Source: Wolbachia endosymbiont strain TRS of Brugia malayi (GTDB lineage Bacteria > Pseudomonadota > Alphaproteobacteria > Rickettsiales > Anaplasmataceae). Taken from it: a stretch of 32,000 nt of DNA. The stretch is from positions 360,001 to 392,000 of the forward strand of contig NC_006833.1 in assembly GCF_000008385.1 (NCBI RefSeq). Reading direction: 5' to 3'. Position 1 is the stretch's first letter. Every line of letters begins with the position of its first letter. The translations under genes were made by a program, and so were the position numbers. Shown in pieces: positions 1 through 9,288 of the stretch. Below the pieces are notes generated by a model. It was given only the letters and a program-made list of their open reading frames with translations, did not search any database and was not told where the DNA came from.

Positions 1-121
1 AATAATATAAGCTTGATTATATCAACCAAGTTAATAATAGCTGTAATGGACGTGAGCCAGGGGTATGATAAAAGTAAGCAGTGCAACTTCCGTTGTTAGA
101 TGTATATCTGGTGGTTGGAGC

Positions 122-850
122 TTATACTAAATTCTCCATCTTATATTGAGGGTCAGATGCGATACCATATACTCTATTTGGTGGGGCAATTTTGTTTTCT
201 ATACCAAAAGTAATACCTTCAATTATTGCTATAAGTACTTTTTCAAGGTTACAATCTGCCCCGGGAACACGGTGTTCTAGACGGCACTTGCTGCCGAGAC
301 AGGGAATCCTTATTGCGGCAGTTCTATTGTTCACGCCCCAACTAATTGTAGTTGGTGTGTGAATATCTGGATATTGAAACCTTAAATACGAATCGTCACT
401 TGGAGCGAAGAATGACATATGTTCTTTCATCATAGCACATAACCCACCAATACCATAAATCAAGTAATCACTGTACTTTTGTTCATTACAGTAAAATAAA
501 TTACTGTTGTTTGAATCCACTAAATTAACATGCACATTTAATGCACTGCCTGCTCTATCTAAATAGGGCTTTGCTTTGAAAGAAGTATTCCCGCCAAGTT
601 TTTGTGCTGTTTCAGTAAGTAATTCTTTTGCTAAATCAAAATGCTTGATTAAGTTATTAGAATCATTATAACAACCACTTTTTATCTCATATTGATGTGT
701 AGAACTCTCTTTCTTGCAGGAAAAACCAAGCAAAGCTATTTTATTTTTAACACTATTAAGAAATAAATGCTCTCTCTCTATTCCTTCAGTATAAAATTCT
801 AATTCAATACCAAATTTAGTACAACAATTCAAATTATTTAATGTAATCAT
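122..850 (-). CDS. Short glutamine-synthetase-like protein (catalytic-domain motifs only)
   Basis: 242-aa ORF with GS catalytic motifs in the canonical order: GIELEFY, HQYEI, KPYLDRAGSALNVHVNL, DSYLRF...NRTAAIRIP, RLEHRVPGADCN. It is far shorter than canonical GlnA, has no N-terminal beta-grasp region, and the usual GSGxHxH is altered to GSALNVH. Confidence 0.6.
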   Translation of the reverse strand: MITLNNLNCCTKFGIELEFYTEGIEREHLFLNSVKNKIALLGFSCKKESSTHQYEIKSGCYNDSNNLIKHFDLAKELLTETAQKLGGNTSFKAKPYLDRAGSALNVHVNLVDSNNSNLFYCNEQKYSDYLIYGIGGLCAMMKEHMSFFAPSDDSYLRFQYPDIHTPTTISWGVNNRTAAIRIPCLGSKCRLEHRVPGADCNLEKVLIAIIEGITFGIENKIAPPNRVYGIASDPQYKMENLV

Positions 851-1156
851 AGATTTGTTTCAGTAAATTCGCATTAAGTTAGCTATATTTATATGAATAC
901 TTTACTTTTTTATCAATAAATTTAATATCTCATTTATACATAATATATTATAATTTTTTAACATACTGCTAATCCTTGACACGAGCGACGTTTTATTTAT
1001 TGAAATAAAAATGATCAATTTTAGTGCTTTTATACCCTTTACAACTCATTAAAAATCACCATAATTTTTAGTGTGTATTAAGTAGTATTAGCTTTTCGCA
1101 GTAGGCTATTGATTATCTTATATTTTTCTAGTATTGCTTTTGTCTTGGTGTAGTGT

Positions 1157-2539
1157 ATGAGCTTAATTAATCCTAAGGTTTCTGCTATGTTTTTCGATCA
1201 AATTGTTACAGCAACAGATCATAATATTGCTTGGGAAAAAATCCAAAATCTCCTTTATAACCTTTATGGGGAAGCAACATATAACAGTTGGTTAAGTTCA
1301 CTTAAATTTGTTAGTAGTAGCAATGGGGAAGTTTTGTTATCTGTGCCAACAAGATTTATAAAAGAGTGGATTACAGTTCACTACATGGAAAAAATATTAT
1401 TATTATGGCAGAATGAAGATAAAAGTATATGTTCTATTGATATTCAAGTAACCGAAGAAAAGAATTCAAGTTCTAGCATCATATCAAAAAATAAAGAGGA
1501 AAGTGTTAATAATCTTGGTTCGCCACTAGATCCAAGATTTACCTTTGATAACTTCGTAGTGGGAAAGCCAAATGAATTAGCATTTACAGCCGCAAAGCGT
1601 GTAGCAGAGTCCATAGATCCAATACCTGGTAGCAATCCTCTGTTTCTATATGGCGGAGTGGGGCTTGGTAAAACACATTTAATGCATGCTATAGCTTGGC
1701 ACATAGTTAATTCTCCATCAGCAAAAAGAAAAGTGGTATATTTATCAGCAGAGAAATTCATGTATCAATATATTACAGCACTACGAAGCAAAGACATTAT
1801 GTTATTTAAAGAACAGTTTAGATCGGTAGATGTACTGATGGTAGATGATGTGCAATTTATCAGTGGTAAAGATAGTACACAAGAAGAATTTTTTCACACT
1901 TTTAATGCATTGATAGATCAAAATAAACAATTGGTTATATCAGCTGATAGATCTCCTAGTGATCTTGATGGAGTAGAAGAAAGAATAAAATCACGGCTAG
2001 GTTGGGGATTAGTAGCAGACATTAATGAAACAACTTTCGAATTAAGACTTGGTATACTGCAAGCCAAAGTGGAGCAAATGAATATGTATGTTCCACAGGA
2101 TGTCCTAGAATTCTTAGCAAGGAACATAAGATCTAATATAAGAGAATTAGAAGGGGCATTAAATAAAGTTGCTCATACTTCACTGATTGGAAGGAGTATG
2201 ACAGTAGAATCGGCTAGTGAAACTCTAATGGACCTTCTTAGATCAAATCATAGGTCAATTACAATAGCAGAAATACAAAAGAAAATAGCTGAGTTTTTTA
2301 ATATAAAGGTTACAGATATGCATTCCAATAGAAGACTCCGCAGTCTTGTAAGACCAAGGCAAATAGCTATGTACTTTGCTAAGAAATTTACACATAAAAG
2401 CCTGCCAGATATTGGAAGGAGCTTTGGTGGCAGAGATCACGCTACTGTTATACATGCAGTGAAACAAATAGAAAATTTCATAAAAACTGACTCAGAATTT
2501 GCTGATGAAATCAATCAATTAAGAAAAATGTTTAAGTAG
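1157..2539 (+). CDS. dnaA: Chromosomal replication initiator protein DnaA
   Basis: 460-aa ORF. AAA+ Walker [14 protein letters not shown], Walker [10 protein letters not shown], sensor and box VII region, and a C-terminal DNA-binding domain ([14 protein letters not shown]...[20 protein letters not shown]). Confidence 0.97.
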   Translation: MSLINPKVSAMFFDQIVTATDHNIAWEKIQNLLYNLYGEATYNSWLSSLKFVSSSNGEVLLSVPTRFIKEWITVHYMEKILLLWQNEDKSICSIDIQVTEEKNSSSSIISKNKEESVNNLGSPLDPRFTFDNFVVGKPNELAFTAAKRVAESIDPIPGSNPLFLYGGVGLGKTHLMHAIAWHIVNSPSAKRKVVYLSAEKFMYQYITALRSKDIMLFKEQFRSVDVLMVDDVQFISGKDSTQEEFFHTFNALIDQNKQLVISADRSPSDLDGVEERIKSRLGWGLVADINETTFELRLGILQAKVEQMNMYVPQDVLEFLARNIRSNIRELEGALNKVAHTSLIGRSMTVESASETLMDLLRSNHRSITIAEIQKKIAEFFNIKVTDMHSNRRLRSLVRPRQIAMYFAKKFTHKSLPDIGRSFGGRDHATVIHAVKQIENFIKTDSEFADEINQLRKMFK

Positions 2540-2562
2540 AGTTCTTGAGGTTGTAGCTTCAC

Positions 2563-3813
2563 TCAATTTATCTCAAGCTTAAAGTCTTCCGTTAGCTTTG
2601 CAGAATACATTTCCTCATTATTTTGATCATAGAAAGTAAATTCATGATTATCTAAGTTTAATATTGAAAAACCGAAGCCAAAAAAGTTTTTAATTTCATG
2701 TGCTAAGTAGTTTTTACCATTTGAGTAACTAAACTCTATGTTTTGGTAAACAGGTTCCTGATCTTGAGCGTGTAATAACGCACCACCATTTCCAACTATA
2801 ATCTGGTCTGGCACATTGTTCATTAATAAAATCTGAGCTATATGAATATGTCCAGAAACTATGGTAGCGACATTGTTGGGAAATTTATCCCCAAAAGCTT
2901 CAATCTGTGTAAGATTGCCATGGCTTTTTAATGTCAGAAATTCCTTTTTTGGAGATCTCCAAAGCGGTCTGTGAGTTAAAAACCACGTAGGCTTATCAGA
3001 ACTATCTTGTGTTAATTTATCGAATTGTTTCTCAAAAGCATCAATTGTACTTTGAGTTGTAAAAATATCTTCACCAGACGAAGAGTCAAAGATAAAAAAC
3101 TTCATCGGTCCAATATCTAAAAACCAGCCAGGAACAAAGTTTTCACATTTTTCAGACGAGAAAGGGTGTGAATCTAGGTACCTAAACCATCCTTCATAAG
3201 CTCTATCACAATTCTCATGGTTTCCTCTAACAAAAAGAAAGGAGGATTGTAATAAAATGTCTTTCGCAGGCTCAAACCAATCGGCGTACCAAGCTTCTTT
3301 ATTGTACCCATAAATATTGCCACACTTCTGTGCATTTCTACATTTCGTTTTTCTATAATGATAATCGCCAACGTGAACAATTAAGTCTGGCTCATGAAGA
3401 GCAATAGAATCTAAATTTTTTTTAAAAGGCCAGCTATCTACTGAATTACATTCCTGTTGAAATAACGCATTTATTCTGCAGCCTGTATCACCAATAAAAG
3501 CAATTCTGCTAATCTTTTCTGGTAATATAGGAACTTGTATACCGTCAATACTAATGTTTTGAGCACCCGTTTCTACTATCATTTCACAAATTGTTTCAGT
3601 ATGATCACCATTATTAATTGAGCTGCGATTTAACATCTCTACTCCTTTGCCATCAACATAAGCAACAGGACAAGTATTACTGTCTATGATTGCACGTACG
3701 CTTAATTTATTGTCTGGAATAACCTGAGACCACGTGTATAATATTTGTGCCTGGATAGAATTAAAGCTGGTTACAAAAGATAAAGCTAAAAAAACAAAGA
3801 TATTAATATTCAT
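2563..3813 (-). CDS. Secreted calcineurin-like metallophosphoesterase
   Basis: 416-aa ORF with an N-terminal signal-like segment (MNINIFVFLALSFVTSFNSIQA) and metallophosphoesterase motifs GDTGC, GDYHY, GNHE, GHIH in order. Confidence 0.8.
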   Translation of the reverse strand: MNINIFVFLALSFVTSFNSIQAQILYTWSQVIPDNKLSVRAIIDSNTCPVAYVDGKGVEMLNRSSINNGDHTETICEMIVETGAQNISIDGIQVPILPEKISRIAFIGDTGCRINALFQQECNSVDSWPFKKNLDSIALHEPDLIVHVGDYHYRKTKCRNAQKCGNIYGYNKEAWYADWFEPAKDILLQSSFLFVRGNHENCDRAYEGWFRYLDSHPFSSEKCENFVPGWFLDIGPMKFFIFDSSSGEDIFTTQSTIDAFEKQFDKLTQDSSDKPTWFLTHRPLWRSPKKEFLTLKSHGNLTQIEAFGDKFPNNVATIVSGHIHIAQILLMNNVPDQIIVGNGGALLHAQDQEPVYQNIEFSYSNGKNYLAHEIKNFFGFGFSILNLDNHEFTFYDQNNEEMYSAKLTEDFKLEIN

Positions 3814-3932
3814 TTGTATAGAAGCTCAAATTAAAAATTAGTGATAAAATCATCTTAAATAATTGAAATTTATGATCACAAAATTCACAAACTGAATTAT
3901 ACAGGCAATTCTTAAATTATTCTAGTATCAGA

Positions 3933-3961
3933 TTGACACTTTAGATGAAAAATTCTAAAAT
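3933..3961 (+). promoter_or_regulatory. Putative sigma70-type promoter upstream of tRNA-Leu (TTGACA-17-TAAAAT)
   Basis: TTGACA at 3933-3938, a 17-nt spacer, TAAAAT at 3956-3961. The -10 ends 43 nt upstream of the tRNA 5' end. Sequence match only, in an AT-rich background. Confidence 0.4.
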
Positions 3962-4004
3962 GATTAAGTAATTTAAAATGATTATATAAAAACTAGAATA
4001 AAAT

Positions 4005-4092
4005 GCGGTCGTGGTGAAATTGGTAGACACGCAGCGTTGAGGTCGCTGTGGCTCATAAGGCCTTGGAAGTTCAAGTCTTCTCGGCCGCACCA
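4005..4092 (+). tRNA. tRNA-Leu (anticodon GAG), class II with long variable arm, encoded CCA
   Basis: Hand-folded cloverleaf. Acceptor GCGGTCG/CGGCCGC (one G-U pair). D-arm GTG-AAATTGGTAGA-CAC. Anticodon stem CAGCG/CGCTG with loop TTGAGGT. Long variable arm. T-arm GGAAG-TTCAAGT-CTTCT. Discriminator A plus CCA. Architecture parallels E. coli tRNA-Leu. Confidence 0.9.
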
Positions 4093-4103
4093 TATTTTCG
4101 TCG

Positions 4104-5204
4104 TTGTTTAATGTAGGTGAAATGTTTATAGGAAACCGAAATAGAAATAAAGTAGAAAGGGCCATCAGCGAAATTAGGCGCGGCCTACCAATTATAATAT
4201 ATGATAAAAGTAATTATCTATTGGTTGCTGCTGCCGAGACTTTAGAAAAAGACTTGTTTAATCAGTACGGGCTTATCTCAGGTAAGATATATGTTATTCT
4301 ACCTTCAAGTAAGGTAACGTGCATATCTCAAAACGTGGAGCATAGTAGCAAACGCTTATTGATAAACAATTTTGATGAACTATTTCATTTAGTAAACTGT
4401 TCAAAAGAAGATCATACGAAGGAATTACAACGTTCAAAGGCAATAGATGAATGCGCTATTACTTTGCTAAAATCTTCAGAATTGTTGCCATACGCATTAG
4501 TGGTTGACGTGAACTTCAAAGATGAATATGAAATGCGAGGCTGGTGTGAAAAAAGTGATGTAATTGCACTAGACGTGCTATTTATAAATAACTTTCAACA
4601 AAATCAGGATATATATGAAGTATGCAAAACACCATTATTTTTAAAACAGACTCAAAAAGTAAACATCATATCTTATAGGACCTGTAATGGCAGAAAAGAA
4701 CATTACGCAATTATTATTGGCAATCCAGGTAAAAATAGTGAACCATTAGTAAGAGTTCATTCTTCATGCTATACAGGCGACTTATTAGATAGCTTATCAT
4801 GCGATTGCAGAAGTCAGTTACATCAAGCAATTCAAATAATGACTGACTCTGGGAATGGTATTATACTATACCTGATGCAAGATGGTAGAGGCATTGGTTT
4901 AACTAACAAGTTAAGGGCATATGATATGCAAAGAAAATATAACCTTGATACTGTGGATGCAAATAGAATATTGGGTTTTGAAGATGATGAGAGGAGTTTC
5001 GCTGTTGCAGCTGAAATGCTCAAGAAATTAGGCATCAAAAAAATCCAGCTACTTACAAATAATGGTAGAAAGCTATCAGAGTTGAAAAATAATGGTATAG
5101 AGGTCACAAGATGTCTACCACTTATTATGGAACGTAACAAGTATAACGATTCGTATATAGAAACAAAATTTAGCAGGTTAGGTCACAGATTAAGAACTTT
5201 TTAG
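4104..5204 (+). CDS. ribA: GTP cyclohydrolase II with a degenerate N-terminal RibB-like domain (RibBA-type architecture)
   Basis: The C-terminal half matches RibA: VRVHSSCYTGDLLDSLSCDC (zinc cysteines), ILYLMQDGRGIGLTNKLRAY, DTVDANRILGFEDDERSF, LLTNN. The N-terminal ~185 aa resembles the RibB fold start (VERAISEIRRGLPIIIYD) but lacks the acidic DRENEGD-type loop. The start is ambiguous: ATG 4104 or ATG 4122, the latter preceded by AGGTGA. Confidence 0.9.
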   Translation: MFNVGEMFIGNRNRNKVERAISEIRRGLPIIIYDKSNYLLVAAAETLEKDLFNQYGLISGKIYVILPSSKVTCISQNVEHSSKRLLINNFDELFHLVNCSKEDHTKELQRSKAIDECAITLLKSSELLPYALVVDVNFKDEYEMRGWCEKSDVIALDVLFINNFQQNQDIYEVCKTPLFLKQTQKVNIISYRTCNGRKEHYAIIIGNPGKNSEPLVRVHSSCYTGDLLDSLSCDCRSQLHQAIQIMTDSGNGIILYLMQDGRGIGLTNKLRAYDMQRKYNLDTVDANRILGFEDDERSFAVAAEMLKKLGIKKIQLLTNNGRKLSELKNNGIEVTRCLPLIMERNKYNDSYIETKFSRLGHRLRTF

Positions 5205-5276
5205 CTTTTTTGTTGTAAATACTTTGTTAATTTACTATGTTCGTTAATATAGGTTAAGATTTTTAAGAATATTAAG

Positions 5277-5960
5277 ATGCTAAAATTCTTTAAACGCGAA
5301 AAAAGTAATGATTCATTAGATAAGGATATAGATTGGAATTCAAGTCGCTACAGCACAATTATTGCTCAGAGAAATATTTTACTTCTATTTACACTAATAT
5401 TATTAGTGGCTATTTTTATAGGCATATTAGCTATATTTAAGATTAGCACTAGCAGCACTATTGAACCGTTCGTTATAGAAATTGAAAAAAAATCAGGAAT
5501 AGTGCAATTAGTTGACCCTGTCACAGTAAAACAATATTCTGCGGATGAGGTACTAAACAATCATTTTATTGCAGAATACATAAAAGCAAGAGAAGTTTTT
5601 GATCCATATAACTACAATTATAACTATTATACAAAAGTGAGATTATTTTCCTCGCCTAATGTATATAATGAATTTAAGAATTACATAAGATTACAAAATA
5701 TGGATGACCTTTTGAATTTATATTCAGGCTTCGTCAAAAATGATTTTAAGATTCGCTCAACTCAGAAATTAGATGACGATACTTTTCAGGTGAGATTTAC
5801 TGTAGAATTTACACGAGAAGATGGAAGTTCTATAAGGAAAAACAAGATAGTTATCATGTCATACAGGTATGCACCACTTGAAATGAATGATCAGCAAAGA
5901 TATGTTAACCCATTAGGGTTTCAAGTTACTTCTTATAGGGTAGATGATGAATATGTATAG
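5277..5960 (+). CDS. virB8: Type IV secretion system protein VirB8
   Basis: 227-aa bitopic protein: short cytoplasmic N-terminus, one TM (ILLLFTLILLVAIFIGILAIF), periplasmic NTF2-like domain size. It sits first in a virB8-B9-B10-B11-D4 cluster. Confidence 0.85.
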   Translation: MLKFFKREKSNDSLDKDIDWNSSRYSTIIAQRNILLLFTLILLVAIFIGILAIFKISTSSTIEPFVIEIEKKSGIVQLVDPVTVKQYSADEVLNNHFIAEYIKAREVFDPYNYNYNYYTKVRLFSSPNVYNEFKNYIRLQNMDDLLNLYSGFVKNDFKIRSTQKLDDDTFQVRFTVEFTREDGSSIRKNKIVIMSYRYAPLEMNDQQRYVNPLGFQVTSYRVDDEYV

Positions 5961-6753
5961 AGTATTATTAGTTTTAGCTTTACTGACAAGTAGCAATTTA
6001 AATGCATTAATCAACTACAGTAAGCCCATTTCCGTAGACAGTAGAATAAAAACTTTTGTGTACAGCCCTAACGAAGTGTTCACGGTTATTTTTAGTCAAG
6101 GTTACTATTCTTATATTGAGTTTGCAGAAGGAGAGAAAGTTAAAAATATTGCTGTTGGAGACGCATCAAGTTGGAGGATTAGTCCTTATGACAACAAATT
6201 GCTTATTATGCCATTTGAAGTTAGTAGCCGCACTAATATGATTATTACGACAACTAAAAAAAGGAATTATATTTTTGATTTAATCTCAAGGCCAAACTAC
6301 GATAAATACCCAGATACTGATGCTGAGAAAGTGAGTCATGATTATTCTGCTGAAAAAGATATATCTTACGTAGTACGTTTTTATTACCCTAAAGAAGAAG
6401 ATGAATTTGATATTGATTTAGATGAAATATCAGCACCTACTCAAATGCAATATGTTGTAGATAGGCCAGAGAAGATAATACAGGAAAATGATACGAAATA
6501 CAATTATACATATATCGATGAAGGTGGCAATGCGGATATGATACCGATTGAGTTATTTGATGATGGCTATTTAACCTATTTTAAATTCAGGGATAGTAAT
6601 AAGATACCTCAGATTTTTGCAAAAGATGGTAAAACTAGACTGCCTTGTAAAAGGTTGTTGTTTGATGGTTATGTTATAATAAAAGGGGTACATAAGAAGT
6701 TGTTCATGCGTTATGAAAATGATGAAGTTGAGATCATAAACAGGTCACTTTAG
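5944..6753 (+). CDS. virB9: Type IV secretion system protein VirB9
   Basis: 269-aa ORF with a signal peptide (MYRVLLVLALLTSSNLNA). Size and position fit VirB9/CagX. It overlaps the virB8 3' end by 17 nt (start could be 5944, 5947 or 5953). Confidence 0.85.
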   Translation: MMNMYRVLLVLALLTSSNLNALINYSKPISVDSRIKTFVYSPNEVFTVIFSQGYYSYIEFAEGEKVKNIAVGDASSWRISPYDNKLLIMPFEVSSRTNMIITTTKKRNYIFDLISRPNYDKYPDTDAEKVSHDYSAEKDISYVVRFYYPKEEDEFDIDLDEISAPTQMQYVVDRPEKIIQENDTKYNYTYIDEGGNADMIPIELFDDGYLTYFKFRDSNKIPQIFAKDGKTRLPCKRLLFDGYVIIKGVHKKLFMRYENDEVEIINRSL

Positions 6754-6769
6754 TTGTGGTACGTGTAAT

Positions 6770-8266
6770 ATGAATAAAGAAGGGCGTAATAATTCAGAAG
6801 ATGAATCAGAAATAGAAAGCAAGGTAGTAACAGTTGGCTCTAATCAAGGTCACAGAGCATTAATGGTTATTATTTTAGTGATTCTGGTCGTCGGGGTATA
6901 TTATTTCTATTTTAGACCTTCTCGCAACGAAGAGAATGTAGAGATCATTAAAAAAGAAGAAATAAAGCAAAATATTCAAGAGTTGAAAGGAAAGTTGGAA
7001 CAAGTTCCAGAAAATACAATAGTTCCTGAAAGGACGATTACTGATTCATTGCCACCTTTACCTCCTCTTACTATGCCACAAGTTATACCAGAAGTAAAGC
7101 AGACTAAAAAAGAAGGAGTAGTAAAAAAAGAAGAAAAATCAAAAGAAGCCTCTGTATCCAATATACCAGTCTTGCCAAAGCAAAACTTTCCTTATGGTAG
7201 TACTACTAGCAACTTACCTACCTCATTTCCTACGATAGGAAGCGGTGGTTACCCTAAAGATAGGCGTAGCACACAAATGTTAGCAATTTCAGCTAGTGAT
7301 AACAAAGAAGACAAGACTGCCGATACCATTTTATCCAACACCTCGGCACAGGCAAGCATAGCTACCAGAGTGGGAAAACTCGTGTTTATGATCACTCAAG
7401 GCAAAATTATTGATGCTGTTCTTGAAACTGCAATAGATTCTGATCTACAAGGAGTGCTGCGTGCCGTAGTTAGTAGCAACGTTTATGCAGAAACTGGTGA
7501 TACAGTTTTAATACCCAAAGGTTCAAGATTAATAGGCGGTTATTCATTTGACTCGGATGTTACAAGAGCCCGCATAAACATAAATTGGAATAGGATCATT
7601 CTTCCTCATGGAATAGATATTGCTATTTCATCACCTGGTACCGATGAGCTTGGTAGAGCGGGTATAGCTGGAATAGTTGATAACAAAATAACAAGTGCAT
7701 TATTTTCTTCAATATTGCTTGCAGGTGTCTCAATTGGTTCAGCTGTTATAGGGCAAAAGGCCCCTAATCTTATCGATACGTTAACTGCCATAGATGCAAT
7801 ACAATCCATCACTGCAACTGAAATAGATACTTTTCCACTCAAAGGTACTGTTATTAAGGGTCTACAGGACGATAGTACAGCTAAAAGTATAGTCGAGAAC
7901 GCACTAGGAGAAAAGTGGAAACTGGACCTTGGGGCTATTGGAAGAGTTCGTAATGCTCAAAACGAGCAAGATTTGTTGAGGATATTTAAAAAGGAAATAG
8001 CAGAGTTGCTAGGAATTGGGGAAGACAAGGTGAACATAGGCCTAGAAGATGTAAGCCAACTGTTAAGACCTATTCAGAGAAAAAACAAGTCTGTTTATGA
8101 AGAAGCAATTGGAAAATCAATCGATGATTTCTCTAAAGATATGCGAGATATAGTCAACAGATCTACAGATAAAAAACCAACTGTTTACGTTGATCAAGGC
8201 ACCGCATTAAAAGTATTCGTTAACCAAGATATAGTATTTCCTCCACAAACAATATTAAATCAGTGA
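6770..8266 (+). CDS. virB10: Type IV secretion system protein VirB10
   Basis: 498-aa ORF with the VirB10 layout: N-terminal TM (ALMVIILVILVVGVYYFYF), Pro-rich linker (LPPLPPLTMPQVIPEV), and a C-terminal beta-barrel region (GKIIDAVLETAIDSDLQG, IPKGSRLIGGY, RINWNRIILPHG, GIAGIVDNK, VYVDQGTALKVFV). Confidence 0.9.
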   Translation: MNKEGRNNSEDESEIESKVVTVGSNQGHRALMVIILVILVVGVYYFYFRPSRNEENVEIIKKEEIKQNIQELKGKLEQVPENTIVPERTITDSLPPLPPLTMPQVIPEVKQTKKEGVVKKEEKSKEASVSNIPVLPKQNFPYGSTTSNLPTSFPTIGSGGYPKDRRSTQMLAISASDNKEDKTADTILSNTSAQASIATRVGKLVFMITQGKIIDAVLETAIDSDLQGVLRAVVSSNVYAETGDTVLIPKGSRLIGGYSFDSDVTRARININWNRIILPHGIDIAISSPGTDELGRAGIAGIVDNKITSALFSSILLAGVSIGSAVIGQKAPNLIDTLTAIDAIQSITATEIDTFPLKGTVIKGLQDDSTAKSIVENALGEKWKLDLGAIGRVRNAQNEQDLLRIFKKEIAELLGIGEDKVNIGLEDVSQLLRPIQRKNKSVYEEAIGKSIDDFSKDMRDIVNRSTDKKPTVYVDQGTALKVFVNQDIVFPPQTILNQ

Positions 8267-8267
8267 A

Positions 8268-9275
8268 ATGAACTATGCTGCACTTGACACATATTTAGAG
8301 CCATTACAAGGCATATTTCAAGAGGAAGGCGTAAATGAAATATCAATAAATAAGCCAAAGGAAGTCTGGATTGAAAATCGCAGTGAAATAAGGTGTGAAA
8401 AACTAGAAATATTCGATCTTAACCATCTAAAATCTCTTGGCAGACTAATTGCTCAAGCTACAGAACAAAAGCTTAGCGAAGAAGCACCATTACTTTCAGC
8501 CACACTACCAAATGGTTATCGTATACAGATAGTATTCCCGCCAGCATGTGAGCCTGATAAAGTAGTCATGTCAATTCGTAAACCCTCTGGTCTACAATTA
8601 GCATTGGACGATTATGAAAAAATGGGAGCTTTTTCTGAAACTGCTATAGAAGTAATTGATAGTCCAGTGAATCGCCACCTGAATTTGCTGTTAAAGCAAA
8701 AGAAAATAAAAGAGTTTTTAGAATATGCTGTAATGAACAAGAAAAATATCATAATTAGTGGTGGAACTTCTACCGGTAAAACCACTTTTACTAATGCTAC
8801 TTTACGTGCTATTCCGGCTGAAGAAAGAATTATCACTGTTGAGGATGCAAGGGAAATCGTTTTGAATGATCATCCAAACAGAGTGCACCTCATTGCCTCC
8901 AAAGGAGGGCAGGGTAGGGCAAAAGTGACCACTCAGGACTTAATAGAAGCGTGCTTACGTTTAAGGCCAGATAGAATAATAGTTGGTGAGCTCCGTGGAG
9001 CGGAAGCTTTTAGTTTTCTTAGGGCAATAAATACTGGCCACCCTGGGTCAATATCGACCCTTCATGCGGATAGTCCAACAATGGCCCTCGAGCAAATAAA
9101 ATTGATGGTCATGCAAGCAAATCTTGGTATTCCTCCAGATCAGATTATACCATATATTAGAAATGTGATTGATATTGTTATCCAGCTAAAAAGAACTAGT
9201 GGGGGAAAAAGAAGCGTTTCTGAGATATTATTTACTAAATCTTCGATGAAAATGCTTAAATTTACACATAATTAA
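8268..9275 (+). CDS. virB11: Type IV secretion ATPase VirB11
   Basis: 335-aa ORF. Walker A GGTSTGKTT, Asp box and Walker B (RIIVGELRG), His box (TGHPGSISTLHA). The start lies 1 nt after the virB10 stop. Confidence 0.95.
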   Translation: MNYAALDTYLEPLQGIFQEEGVNEISINKPKEVWIENRSEIRCEKLEIFDLNHLKSLGRLIAQATEQKLSEEAPLLSATLPNGYRIQIVFPPACEPDKVVMSIRKPSGLQLALDDYEKMGAFSETAIEVIDSPVNRHLNLLLKQKKIKEFLEYAVMNKKNIIISGGTSTGKTTFTNATLRAIPAEERIITVEDAREIVLNDHPNRVHLIASKGGQGRAKVTTQDLIEACLRLRPDRIIVGELRGAEAFSFLRAINTGHPGSISTLHADSPTMALEQIKLMVMQANLGIPPDQIIPYIRNVIDIVIQLKRTSGGKRSVSEILFTKSSMKMLKFTHN

Positions 9276-9288
9276 GAAAAAGTAGTTT

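Noticed and set aside
851-1156. AT-rich intergenic region upstream of dnaA as the replication origin (one near DnaA-box, TTATACATA, around 945)
   Set aside because: A single 1-mismatch box in very AT-rich DNA is expected by chance. As I recall, the predicted Wolbachia oriC lies elsewhere, in the hemE-tlyC region (Ioannidis et al. 2007), not next to dnaA. At most this region holds divergent promoters or dnaA autoregulation.
1444-2467. Antisense ORFs inside dnaA (1444-1761, 1918-2127, 2255-2467)
   Set aside because: They overlap a strongly supported CDS on the opposite strand, have unprotein-like composition and show no motifs. These are shadow ORFs.
3941-4165. 74-aa minus-strand ORF
   Set aside because: It runs straight through tRNA-Leu (4005-4092) and the ribA start. 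Part of its sequence is simply the tRNA read antisense.
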